Shown: positions 20,144-29,127 of the stretch, in pieces
Layout: each line of letters begins with the position of its first letter
Position numbering within the stretch: position 1 is the stretch's first letter
Source: an uncultured Planctomycetaceae bacterium
GTDB lineage: Bacteria; Planctomycetota; Planctomycetia; Planctomycetales; Planctomycetaceae
Assembly: GCA_964427725.1 (NCBI GenBank)
Contig: CAYRVS010000007.1
Location: forward strand, 7,255 to 71,254
Direction of reading: 5' to 3'
DNA: 64,000 nt
The notes under the pieces: generated by a model
Told to the model about the DNA's origin: nothing
Databases searched by the model: none
Seen by the model: only the letters and a program-made list of their open reading frames with translations
Position numbers and translations under genes: made by a program

Positions 20144-20968
20144 ATGACCAGCGTTCTGGAAATTCGTGATCTGCATGTCGCCGTCGATCAGGCTCCGATT
20201 CTGCGGGGCGTCAATTTGACCCTGCGGCAAGGGGAAACCCATGCCTTGATGGGGCCGAACGGCTCGGGCAAAAGCACCCTCGCTTATGCCCTTGTGGGGC
20301 ATCCCAAATACGAAATCACCGGCGGGTCGATCGCGGTCGATGGGACCGACATTCACGAATGCGATCCATGTGAGCGGGCCCGGCTGGGGCTGTTTCTCGC
20401 CTTCCAGTATCCGGTCACCATCCCCGGCGTGAAGGTGGCCGACTTCCTGCGGCATGCGGTGACGAACATCCGCAACCCGAACCGCAAGGAGGGGGAAGGC
20501 CTGATCCCGATGCGCGACTTCCGCAAGGAGCTCCGCGCGCGGATGGAAGAACTCAACATGGATCCCGAGTTCGCCCGTCGTTATCTGAACGAAGGCTTCT
20601 CCGGCGGCGAGAAAAAGCGGATGGAGATTCTGCAGCTTGCCATGCTGCAGCCGAAGTTCGCGATCCTGGATGAGACCGACAGCGGGCTCGACAGCGACGC
20701 CGTCCGCGTGGTCAGCGAAGGGCTGAAGAAGTTGTCGGGCCCGCAGATGGGTTCGCTGATCATCACGCATCACGAGCGGCTGCTGGAGTACAATATCCCG
20801 CAGTACACGCACGTGATGCTCGCCGGAAAGATCGTCGAAACCGGCGACGCCCAGTTGGCCCATGAGCTCCATAATCACGGCTACGCCGCCGTCCGCGAAC
20901 GGCATCCGGTGGAGGCCGCGGAGGAACAGGAACGCCAGAAAACGCTGATCGGGGCGGGAGCGGAGTAA
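20144..20968 (+). CDS. sufC: Fe-S cluster assembly ATPase SufC
   Basis: 274 aa. It has Walker A GPNGSGKST, NEGFSGGEKKR and Walker B AILDETDSGLD, the canonical SufC layout. Confidence 0.95.
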   Translation: MTSVLEIRDLHVAVDQAPILRGVNLTLRQGETHALMGPNGSGKSTLAYALVGHPKYEITGGSIAVDGTDIHECDPCERARLGLFLAFQYPVTIPGVKVADFLRHAVTNIRNPNRKEGEGLIPMRDFRKELRARMEELNMDPEFARRYLNEGFSGGEKKRMEILQLAMLQPKFAILDETDSGLDSDAVRVVSEGLKKLSGPQMGSLIITHHERLLEYNIPQYTHVMLAGKIVETGDAQLAHELHNHGYAAVRERHPVEAAEEQERQKTLIGAGAE

Positions 20969-20992
20969 GTTCGAGCCGCAAGGGAAAGGAGC

Positions 20993-21730
20993 TTGGAGAT
21001 GTCTCCTGTCATGACCAAGCATGTCGTAGCGAAACCTGCTCGGTCCCGAGTTGTCGAGACGTTGCGCGCCATGTCTACGGTCGTGACCATGCGTGACATC
21101 CTCACCCGACTGGGAGGGATCGCGCCGGAACGCGTGCGAATGAAGCCCGTGCCCGGGGCTGCTCGTCAAAAAGATTTGCTGGATCCCGAGCAGCGAGCCG
21201 GCGCGCGAATGGAGCTCATTGACGGCGTGCTGGTGGAGAAGCTTCCGATGGGTTGGTTTGAGTCGATCCTGGCAGGAGTTTTGGCCGGACGGATTCGGTC
21301 GTATCTTGAACTTCACAACATCGGCACGATGTCCGCCAGTGGTGATGGGTTCCTCAAACTGCGCCCGAATACCATTCGTGTTCCCGATCTGGCGGTCGTC
21401 CTCTGGGAACGAATTCCCGACCGAAAGAATGTACGGACACCCTGTCCGGAATACGTTCCGGATCTCGTCGTGGAAGTCTTAAGCAAGGGCAATCGTAAAC
21501 GCGAACTCGAACGGAAACGACAAGACTTTTTCGCCCACGGGACGCGGCTGTTCTGGATCGTTGATCCGCGGAAGCAGACCGTGACGGTTTATCACGAGGT
21601 CGAGCGCGGCGTGACGCTGGGACTCGACGAGGAATTATCCGGCGAAAACGTGTTGCCCGGATTCAAGCTGAGCATTCGGGAATGGTTCCAGGTCGCCGAG
21701 GATGGGACCAGGCCACCCAAGAAGAAATAA
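20993..21730 (+). CDS. Uma2 (DUF820) family PD-(D/E)XK nuclease-like protein, copy 1
   Basis: ELIDGVLVEK...VPDLAVV...PDLVVEVLSKGN...LFWIVDP...VTVY is the Uma2 pattern. The likely start is ATG 20999, preceded by GGAAAGGAG. Confidence 0.8.
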   Translation: MEMSPVMTKHVVAKPARSRVVETLRAMSTVVTMRDILTRLGGIAPERVRMKPVPGAARQKDLLDPEQRAGARMELIDGVLVEKLPMGWFESILAGVLAGRIRSYLELHNIGTMSASGDGFLKLRPNTIRVPDLAVVLWERIPDRKNVRTPCPEYVPDLVVEVLSKGNRKRELERKRQDFFAHGTRLFWIVDPRKQTVTVYHEVERGVTLGLDEELSGENVLPGFKLSIREWFQVAEDGTRPPKKK

Positions 21731-21790
21731 GCACCGCATTCATTCCCCTGACGATCGCGACGATCAGCAGGCCATGAAGGATCGAGCAGC

Positions 21791-23206
21791 ATGTCCACCG
21801 AAACTCCGACCGCCGATGCGATTGGCGTGGGCGACTATCAATACGGGTTCCACTACGGCACCGACGACTACGTCTTCCGGGGCCGCAAGGGACTCAACCG
21901 CGAAGTCGTCGCGCAAATCTCCGAGATGAAGCGCGAGCCGCAATGGATGCGCGACTTCCGGCTGGAGGCCTTGGAGATCTTCGAACGGAAGCCGATGCCC
22001 CACTGGGGGGGCGACATGTCGGAGCTCGATTTCCAGGACATTTTCTACTACGTCCGCGCGTCGGACAAACAGGAAAAGAGCTGGGACGATCTCCCCGCCG
22101 ACATCAAGAAGACCTACGACCGGCTGGGGATCCCCGAGGCGGAGAAGAAGTACCTCGCCGGCGTGAAGGCGCAATACGAGTCGGAAGTGGTCTACGGCAG
22201 CCTGCAGGAAGATCTCGCCAACAAGGGGGTCATCTTCACCGATACCGATTCGGCCTTGCGTGATCATCCCGACCTGATGCGGGAGCACTTCGGGACGGTG
22301 ATTCCGTCGTTCGACAACAAGTTCGCCGCGCTCAACTCGGCGGTCTGGTCGGGCGGGTCGTTCATTTATGTGCCGAAGGGGGTGCAGATCGAGTTCCCGC
22401 TGCAGGCTTATTTCCGGATCAACTCCGAGAACATGGGGCAGTTCGAGCGGACGCTGATCATCGTCGACGAAGGGGCCTCGGTCCATTACGTCGAGGGTTG
22501 CACCGCGCCGACCTACAGCTCGGAAAGTCTTCACTCGGCGGTGGTCGAGATCATCGTGAAGCGCGGCGCCCGCTGCCGCTACACCACCATCCAGAACTGG
22601 TCGAGCAACGTCTACAACCTCGTCACCAAACGGGCGATGGCCTACGGCGACTCGTTGATGGAATGGGTCGACGGAAACCTCGGCTCGAAGTTGACGATGA
22701 AGTACCCGGCGATCTACCTGATGGAACCGGGGGCCCGCGGCGAGACGCTGTCGATCGCCTTCGCCGGCAAGGGTCAGCATCAGGACGCCGGCGCCAAGAT
22801 GGTTCACTGCGCCCCGCACACGTCGAGCCGGATCATCTCGAAGAGCATCTCGAAAGGGGGCGGCCGTTCGAGCTATCGCGGCTTGGTGAAGGTCCAAGGG
22901 GACGCGCATCACTGCAAGTCGAACGTGGTCTGCGACGCGTTGATTCTCGATTCGGACAGCCGCAGCGACACCTACCCGTATATCGAGGTCGATCAAGACA
23001 ACGTGGCGATCGAGCACGAAGCGTCGGTCTCGAAGATCGCGGAGGAACAACTGCTGTACCTGATGAGCCGCGGCCTGACCGAGCCGGAGGCGTCGGCGAT
23101 GATCGTCACCGGGTTCATCGAGCCGCTGGTGAAGGAGTTGCCGATGGAGTACGCGGTGGAGATGAACCGGCTGATCGAACTGCAGATGGAGGGGAGCGTC
23201 GGCTGA
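21791..23206 (+). CDS. sufB: Fe-S cluster assembly scaffold protein SufB
   Basis: 471 aa. [10 protein letters not shown]...VEGCTAP...IQNWS...[11 protein letters not shown]...HCAPHTSS are highly characteristic SufB blocks. Confidence 0.95.
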   Translation: MSTETPTADAIGVGDYQYGFHYGTDDYVFRGRKGLNREVVAQISEMKREPQWMRDFRLEALEIFERKPMPHWGGDMSELDFQDIFYYVRASDKQEKSWDDLPADIKKTYDRLGIPEAEKKYLAGVKAQYESEVVYGSLQEDLANKGVIFTDTDSALRDHPDLMREHFGTVIPSFDNKFAALNSAVWSGGSFIYVPKGVQIEFPLQAYFRINSENMGQFERTLIIVDEGASVHYVEGCTAPTYSSESLHSAVVEIIVKRGARCRYTTIQNWSSNVYNLVTKRAMAYGDSLMEWVDGNLGSKLTMKYPAIYLMEPGARGETLSIAFAGKGQHQDAGAKMVHCAPHTSSRIISKSISKGGGRSSYRGLVKVQGDAHHCKSNVVCDALILDSDSRSDTYPYIEVDQDNVAIEHEASVSKIAEEQLLYLMSRGLTEPEASAMIVTGFIEPLVKELPMEYAVEMNRLIELQMEGSVG

Positions 23207-23274
23207 TGGCGGGGGCATGATACCGTTCATCGGATGCGGCACCCATCATGGTCCGCAACGGGTGATCAAGGTCC

Positions 23275-23913
23275 GTGTCCCGCAAGGGAATCAGAGAGAA
23301 TTTCATGTCCGCCGTCTCCCTCCGAGTCATGAGCCTGCCGGAATACTTGGCGTTCGATCGCACCGCGACGGGACGACATGAGTTTCTTCGCGGCAAGATC
23401 TACGCCATGGCCGGTGCTTCGGCCAATCATGTGCGCATCAACCGCAACCTCACCACACAATTGACGGCCATCCTGCAAGGATGCGATTGCGAACATTTTC
23501 CGACCGACTTGCGCGTGGTGTGCCCATCGGGACTTTACACTTACCCGGACATGAGCATCGTCTGCGGTGAGCCGGAGTTCGCGGATGGAATCAAGGACAC
23601 CCTGAGAAACCCCACGGCCTTGATCGAGATCTTGTCTCCCGGAACGGAAAAGTATGATCGGGGCGACAAATTCGACAACTATCGGTCGATTGACAGCCTG
23701 CGGGAGTATGTCTTGATCGCGCAGGATCGGTGCCGGATCGAGGTCTTTCGCCGAGAGTCGACCCTCGCGGTTTGGGAATGGACCGCATATCACAATCTGT
23801 CGGAGACCGTGCAACTCGCCACGGGACACATTTCCATCCCCGTGGCCGCGATTTACCACCAAGTGACCTTCGAGACCGCATCCGAACCGACCGTTGAGAC
23901 CCTGCCGTCTTGA
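23275..23913 (+). CDS. Uma2 (DUF820) family PD-(D/E)XK nuclease-like protein, copy 2
   Basis: HEFLRGKIYAMAGASANH...YPDMSIVCGEP...ALIEILSPGTEKYDRGDKFDNYRSIDSLREYVLIAQD is the cyanobacterial-type Uma2 pattern. An alternative ATG lies at 23305. Confidence 0.85.
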   Translation: MSRKGIRENFMSAVSLRVMSLPEYLAFDRTATGRHEFLRGKIYAMAGASANHVRINRNLTTQLTAILQGCDCEHFPTDLRVVCPSGLYTYPDMSIVCGEPEFADGIKDTLRNPTALIEILSPGTEKYDRGDKFDNYRSIDSLREYVLIAQDRCRIEVFRRESTLAVWEWTAYHNLSETVQLATGHISIPVAAIYHQVTFETASEPTVETLPS

Positions 23914-23930
23914 TCTTTGATTGAAGCCCG

Positions 23931-25238
23931 ATGACGACCACAACCACAATGACACCTTGGTCCGCCCCCGCTTTCGAGGCGTCGCTCGCCGGTCGCGAGG
24001 AATCGCACTGGATGAGCGAGCGCCGCCAGGTGGCGTTCGAGATTTTCCAGGCGAAGCAGCGGGGGCCGCTCGATCCCGAGGAGTTTCGCCGGCTCGACCT
24101 GCGCGCCTTGCGGCCGGAGCGGTACGCCCCGCAAACGGTCGACGCGGCGTCCACCTTCGCCACGCTCATGGCCGATCGCGCGGAGTTCGCGGGCCTCGTC
24201 TCGCACGTCAACGGGCATTGCGTGAAAGCCCAACTGGCGGACGAGCTCGCGGCCCGGGGCGTCTTCTTCGGCAGCCTGCACACCTTCGCCGCCAAGCATC
24301 CCGAAGTTCTGCAGCAGAACCTCGGCCGCGCGGTGAATCTGGAGACCGACCGCTTCTCGGCGTGGCATTCCGCGTTCTGCACCGGCGGCGCGGTCCTGTA
24401 TGTCCCCCGGAATGTCGAGATCAAGTCGCCGCTCTACAGCCTGATCGGACTGGCGACCGACGGAGCCGCCGATCTATCGCATACGCTGGTGATCCTTGAG
24501 GACGGCGCGTCGGCGACACTGCTGGAGGAGACCAGTTCCGCTTCGCCGACGGCAAGCGGCCTGCATCTCGGCGCGGTGGAACTGCTGTTGGGTTCGGGGG
24601 CGAATCTGCGTTATGTGCAACTGCAAAACTGGAACGACAAGGTGTGGCATCTGGCGCATCAATCGGGCCGGGTGGCGCGCGACGCCGCGCTGCAATGGAC
24701 GGTCGGCGGACTCGGCGCGAAACTGGCCCATATCCATCAGGACATTCATCTCGATGGTCGCGGTTCCTCGGCGGAAGTGAACGGGGTCACGTTCGCGACC
24801 GAGCGGCAGGTGATCTCCTACTACACCCAGCAGGACCATCACGCCCCGGACACCCGCAGCGATCTCCTTTACAAGGACGTGCTCCGCGACCGGGCGCGGG
24901 TCATCTGGCGGGGGATGATCAAGGTCGATCCCGGGGCGCAGAAGACCGACGGCTATCAGCGGAACGATGGGCTGATGATGAGCGATACCTGCCGGGCCGA
25001 CCTCATTCCCGGGTTGGAAATCGAAGCGGATGACGTCCGCTGCACCCACGGCGCGACCGCCGGCCGGGTCGATGAAGAGCAGCTGTTCTACGGCATGTGC
25101 CGCGGTCTGACGCGGTCGGAGGCGATGCACATGATCGTGGAAGGGTTCTTCCAGCGGGTCTACGACCGGATCCCGGTCGAACTGGTCCGCGAGACGCTCA
25201 GCCAAGCCGTGCAGAAGAAGCTGGGGCTGGCGGAGTGA
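23931..25238 (+). CDS. sufD: Fe-S cluster assembly protein SufD
   Basis: 435 aa with the SufB/SufD beta-helix pattern (NLRYVQLQNW...HLDGRGSSAEVNGV...DTRSDLLYK...DVRCTHGATAG...LFYGMCRGL). It lies after sufB. Confidence 0.85.
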   Translation: MTTTTTMTPWSAPAFEASLAGREESHWMSERRQVAFEIFQAKQRGPLDPEEFRRLDLRALRPERYAPQTVDAASTFATLMADRAEFAGLVSHVNGHCVKAQLADELAARGVFFGSLHTFAAKHPEVLQQNLGRAVNLETDRFSAWHSAFCTGGAVLYVPRNVEIKSPLYSLIGLATDGAADLSHTLVILEDGASATLLEETSSASPTASGLHLGAVELLLGSGANLRYVQLQNWNDKVWHLAHQSGRVARDAALQWTVGGLGAKLAHIHQDIHLDGRGSSAEVNGVTFATERQVISYYTQQDHHAPDTRSDLLYKDVLRDRARVIWRGMIKVDPGAQKTDGYQRNDGLMMSDTCRADLIPGLEIEADDVRCTHGATAGRVDEEQLFYGMCRGLTRSEAMHMIVEGFFQRVYDRIPVELVRETLSQAVQKKLGLAE

Positions 25239-25260
25239 TGCCGAACACAAGGAGTCACCC

Positions 25261-25902
25261 ATGAGTGCCGAGCTGCTGACGATGCCGTCCGTGGTGACGG
25301 ACGATCCTCCCGTGACGTATCTGGACGCGTCGTGCAACGGGTTGGAGCTCTCGCCGGAAGAGTATGACGCGATCACCGATTACGACGAGGATTATCGTTA
25401 CGAGCTGATCCATGGGGTGGTGATCGTGAATCCGATTCCGTCCGAAGGTGAAACCGATCCCAATGGCCAGCTTGAGTACCTGCTGCGAACTTATCGTGAG
25501 CGGCATCCGCGAGGCGAGGCGTTGGACGCCACGATGTTCGAGCGTTACGTCCACTTGCCCGAAGGCAGCCGCAGGCGGGCCGACCGCGTCATCTGGGCGG
25601 GTTTGGGACGACGGCCGAACCCCGGCACCGACATCCCGACGATCGTCGTCGAGTTCGTCTCGCCGGCGAAACGCGATCAACACCGCGATTATGTGGTGAA
25701 ACGCCGCGAGTACCTCGCCGCCGGCGTGAAGGAGTACTGGATCATCGATCGGTTTCGCGGCACGCTGACCGTCTGCCGCGGCGATGCGGAAATCATCATC
25801 CGCCGCGGCGGGCAATACACGACGCCGCTGCTGCCTGAATTTATCCTGCCGCTGGATGCTCTCCTCAGCGTCGCCGATCGCTGGCGGGATGCGGACGCCT
25901 GA
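25261..25902 (+). CDS. Uma2 (DUF820) family PD-(D/E)XK nuclease-like protein, copy 3
   Basis: YELIHGVVIVNP...RRADRVIW...IPTIVVEFVSPAKRD...EYWIIDRF...LTV. An AAGGAG Shine-Dalgarno sequence lies 6 nt before the ATG. Confidence 0.8.
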   Translation: MSAELLTMPSVVTDDPPVTYLDASCNGLELSPEEYDAITDYDEDYRYELIHGVVIVNPIPSEGETDPNGQLEYLLRTYRERHPRGEALDATMFERYVHLPEGSRRRADRVIWAGLGRRPNPGTDIPTIVVEFVSPAKRDQHRDYVVKRREYLAAGVKEYWIIDRFRGTLTVCRGDAEIIIRRGGQYTTPLLPEFILPLDALLSVADRWRDADA

Positions 25903-25913
25903 GCTTTGAAACT

Positions 25914-26666
25914 TTGAGAACTGCGACAGACTCCATGACGAGCACTTGGGAACGTGTGGCTGACGTGTCGGAACTCCCGCCGGGGGGGCGGAAGTCGATT
26001 TTCGTCGATGACCTTCCCGTCCTGCTGGTGCGGATCGGCGAGCAATACTTCGCCGTCGAGGATCTCTGCACGCACGACGGACAGCCCCTCACCGACGGGC
26101 CGTTGATCGACGGGGCCATCAAGTGTCCGCGGCACGGCGCGCGGTTCGACCTGGCCTCGGGGAAGGCGTTGTGCATGCCTGCGACCGAAGGGGTGCGGAC
26201 TTTCGCCGTGGAGGTCCGGAGCGACGGCGTCTACGCCGCGCCGCACGGAGCGACGCCGACCGTCTTGGCGGCAAGTCATGTCGCGGCCGCTCCCGCGACC
26301 TCGTCCCCCACCACGACGACACCGGCGGCCCCCGCGACCGAAGATCCCAACGCGGGGAGCCTCGACGAGGTCAACGACGGAGAAATCATCGAAGCGTTGC
26401 GGCAGGTGATCGACCCCGAATTGATGGTCAACATCGTCGATCTTGGCCTGGTCTACGCGATCAATCACGGGAACCGCAAAGCCCAGATCGACATGACCCT
26501 CACCAGCCCCGCCTGCCCCGCCGGACCGCAGATCGTCTCGCAGGCGAAGATGGTGATCGAACGCCTGCCGGGGATCGACGAGGCGACGATCAAGCTGACG
26601 ATGTCGCCGCCGTGGACGCCCGATCGGATGACCGACGAGGCGCGTGATCAGCTGGGGTTCTTTTAG
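25914..26666 (+). CDS. Rieske [2Fe-2S] ferredoxin fused to a DUF59/SufT (MIP18-family) domain
   Basis: The N-terminal half has CTHDG...CPRHG (Rieske ligands). A Pro/Thr/Ala linker follows. The C-terminal half has IIEALRQVIDPEL.VNIVDLGLVY...LTSPACP, the DUF59 signature. An alternative ATG lies at 25935. Confidence 0.8.
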   Translation: MRTATDSMTSTWERVADVSELPPGGRKSIFVDDLPVLLVRIGEQYFAVEDLCTHDGQPLTDGPLIDGAIKCPRHGARFDLASGKALCMPATEGVRTFAVEVRSDGVYAAPHGATPTVLAASHVAAAPATSSPTTTTPAAPATEDPNAGSLDEVNDGEIIEALRQVIDPELMVNIVDLGLVYAINHGNRKAQIDMTLTSPACPAGPQIVSQAKMVIERLPGIDEATIKLTMSPPWTPDRMTDEARDQLGFF

Positions 26667-26671
26667 CTCAA

Positions 26672-26693
26672 ACCCCGGGAAGGCCTTCCCCGG
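26672..26693. repeat. Variant of the palindromic intergenic element (CCCCGGGAAGGCCTTCCCCGGG)
   Basis: Perfect 22-nt palindrome 6 nt after the Rieske-SufT stop. It has the same GGGAAGGCCTTCCC core as the copies at 30731 and 53468. Confidence 0.65.
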
Positions 26694-26749
26694 GCATCCG
26701 CGTGGTCACGATTGCAAAGGCCCCGCGCACCGGCGATCCTGCCCCTTGA

Positions 26750-28990
26750 GTGGGAGCATCGCCGGGCGGAAGGGGCATCTTGAACGGGGCTGGGGGGGAT
26801 CGAACGTGGGGCATCCACCAGGCACGGTGGTTGCCGGTCTTGGCGCTGGTCCTTGCCGCGTGGGCCGCTCCCTACGCCCAACGACTCACTTTCGATCAAT
26901 CGATCGAGTCCCTGTTCGCCGATGACAACCCGCGGCTCACCCAGTTCCGCCGCAGTCGCGCCTGGTTCGGCGGCGACGAGTTCGTCATCCTGGCCTATCG
27001 CGATCCGGAGCTCTTCACCGCCGAGGGGGACCTGTCCGACCGGGCGATCGAACGGCTCGACACACTGAAGAAACAACTCGCCGAGGTGCCGGGGATCGAT
27101 CCCGGAACGTTGCAGACCTTGGCCGACGCGCTGCGCGCCCCGTACGGCCGCCAACGGATTCGCGCCTTCGTCACGGGGTTGCTCGTGGGAGCCGATGGGA
27201 CATCGACGGCGATTGTCTCGCGGTTGCTGCCGGCGGATGAGTCCCCCGTCCCCCGCGCCGAGACCTTTCGCCGGGTCCGTGAAGTCGCGGCGAGTCACCA
27301 GCCCCCCGCCCTCGTCGTGGGCGAGCCGATTCAGGTCCACGACATGTTTCGCTACGTCGAAGAGGACGGAGCGACGCTCGGTTGGTGGTCGTGGCTGCTG
27401 CTCATGCTGGTGATCCTGATTCTGTTCCGCAGCCTGTGGTGGATGGTGCTGCCGCTGCTCGTGGTGTTTGTGACGCTGGAGTGGACGAAGGGGCTGTTGG
27501 TCATCGGTCGTTTCGAATTGAGCATGGTCAGCTCGATGCTCAATTCGTTGACGACGATCATCGGCATCGCGACGGCGATGCATTTCACGCTGCGGTTCCG
27601 CGATCTGCGCGCCGAGCATGACCGGCCCGAGGCGGTCAACCGGACGGTCCGGGAACTCGCCGGGCCGGTCTTTTGGACGGTGGCGACGACAGCGGCGGGG
27701 TTCGCGGCGCTGATGTCGAGCTCGATCGCCCCCGTCGCGAGTTTTGGACTGATGATGACCCTGGCGACAGTCCTTGTCTTGGTCGCGGCGGCGATGATTC
27801 TCCCCGGCGGCGCAATGCTCGGCCCGACTGCCGCCGTTCCCGCCATCGGGCCGGGCGAACGCTGGATCACGCGACGGTTGGGGGCGCTCGCCGAAATGTT
27901 GGAGCGCCGGCCGAAATCGATCGCCTTACTGATGCTGGTGATCGCGGTCGGGGCGTCGCTGGGCGTCGGTCGGCTCGAGCTGGAGACCGACTTCAGCAAG
28001 AACTTCCGCGCGAACAGCCCGCTGGTTCGGGCCCTCGACTTCTTCGAGACGAACCTCGGCGGGTCGGGGACGTGGGAGCTCAACTTCCCGGCCCCCGCCG
28101 AGCTGACCGAGGAGTATCTCGACCAGGTCCGCGCGATGGCCGAGAAACTGCGCGCCCTGGAGGCCCGCACCACGCCCGATCGGCTCACCAAGCTCGTGGT
28201 CCTGACCGATGGGCTCGACATGATTCCGACGAACGTCCTGTTCACGCGGCTGTCGCTGGCCACGCGCATGAATCTGCTGAACGCCGTGCAACCCGACTTC
28301 GCCGTCGGGCTGTACAACCCCGGCGAAGGGCGGATGCGGATCATGCTGCGGTCGCTCGAACGGCAACCCGCCGCGAGCAAACTGGCGCTCATCCGGGACG
28401 TGGAACGAATCGGCCGCGAGACCTTCCCCGAAGCGGAGGCGACCGGGTTGTTCGTGCTGCTGGCCTATCTCATCGAAAGCCTGATGGACGATCAGCTCAC
28501 GAGCTCGCTGCTCGCGGCGGCGGCGATCGTGATCCTCATGACCATCGCGGAACGAAGCCTGCGGCTGGCGGTGGGTTTGTTGTTGCCGAACGTCTTTCCG
28601 ATCGTGCTGGTGCTGGGGGCGATGGGCTGGCTCGACCTGAAGGTCAACATCGCGACGGCGATGATCGCCAGCGTGTCGATGGGGCTCACGATCGATTCGA
28701 GCATTCACTATCTGGCGGGCTATCGCCGGAGTCGCCGCGGCGGGGCGACCGTGGCCGCCGCGCTGAAGCGAACCCATGAGGATACGGGACTCGCCTTGGT
28801 GTGGGCGAATGTCGCGCTCATATTGGGGTTCAGCGTCCTCACGCTGTCGCACTTCATCCCGCTGGTCTATTTCGGGGTGCTGGTCAGCGTCGCGATGATC
28901 GGCGGCCTGATCGGCAACCTGATCCTGTTGCCGCTCCTCATCCGCTGGGTTGATCACGACGCGGCGGCGGGGTCATCCCAGGTCGTGTGA
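26750..28990 (+). CDS. MMPL / RND-superfamily exporter
   Basis: 746 aa with a GTG start. It has two repeated halves, each with a soluble loop followed by about 5 hydrophobic helices (LLMLVILILFRSLWWMVLPL... and AAAAIVILMTIAERSLRLAVGLLLPNVFPIV...), which is typical MMPL topology. Confidence 0.75.
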   Translation: MGASPGGRGILNGAGGDRTWGIHQARWLPVLALVLAAWAAPYAQRLTFDQSIESLFADDNPRLTQFRRSRAWFGGDEFVILAYRDPELFTAEGDLSDRAIERLDTLKKQLAEVPGIDPGTLQTLADALRAPYGRQRIRAFVTGLLVGADGTSTAIVSRLLPADESPVPRAETFRRVREVAASHQPPALVVGEPIQVHDMFRYVEEDGATLGWWSWLLLMLVILILFRSLWWMVLPLLVVFVTLEWTKGLLVIGRFELSMVSSMLNSLTTIIGIATAMHFTLRFRDLRAEHDRPEAVNRTVRELAGPVFWTVATTAAGFAALMSSSIAPVASFGLMMTLATVLVLVAAAMILPGGAMLGPTAAVPAIGPGERWITRRLGALAEMLERRPKSIALLMLVIAVGASLGVGRLELETDFSKNFRANSPLVRALDFFETNLGGSGTWELNFPAPAELTEEYLDQVRAMAEKLRALEARTTPDRLTKLVVLTDGLDMIPTNVLFTRLSLATRMNLLNAVQPDFAVGLYNPGEGRMRIMLRSLERQPAASKLALIRDVERIGRETFPEAEATGLFVLLAYLIESLMDDQLTSSLLAAAAIVILMTIAERSLRLAVGLLLPNVFPIVLVLGAMGWLDLKVNIATAMIASVSMGLTIDSSIHYLAGYRRSRRGGATVAAALKRTHEDTGLALVWANVALILGFSVLTLSHFIPLVYFGVLVSVAMIGGLIGNLILLPLLIRWVDHDAAAGSSQVV

Positions 28991-29018
28991 TGTAGGGGGC
29001 GTGAATCCTCAGATCGAC

Positions 29019-29040
29019 CGCGAGGGGCGGGTGCCCCTCG
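29019..29040 (+). terminator. Hairpin after the MMPL gene
   Basis: GCGAGGGGC-GGGT-GCCCCTCGC forms a 9-bp stem 29 nt after the stop. There is no clear U-tract. Confidence 0.35.
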
Positions 29041-29127
29041 CTATGTCAACGGTTGGTGTTTTGCGGTCCCATCAAAAGTGACCAGCGGCGGGGGACGCGT
29101 TCCCACCGATTCATCACGGCCCGCTGG

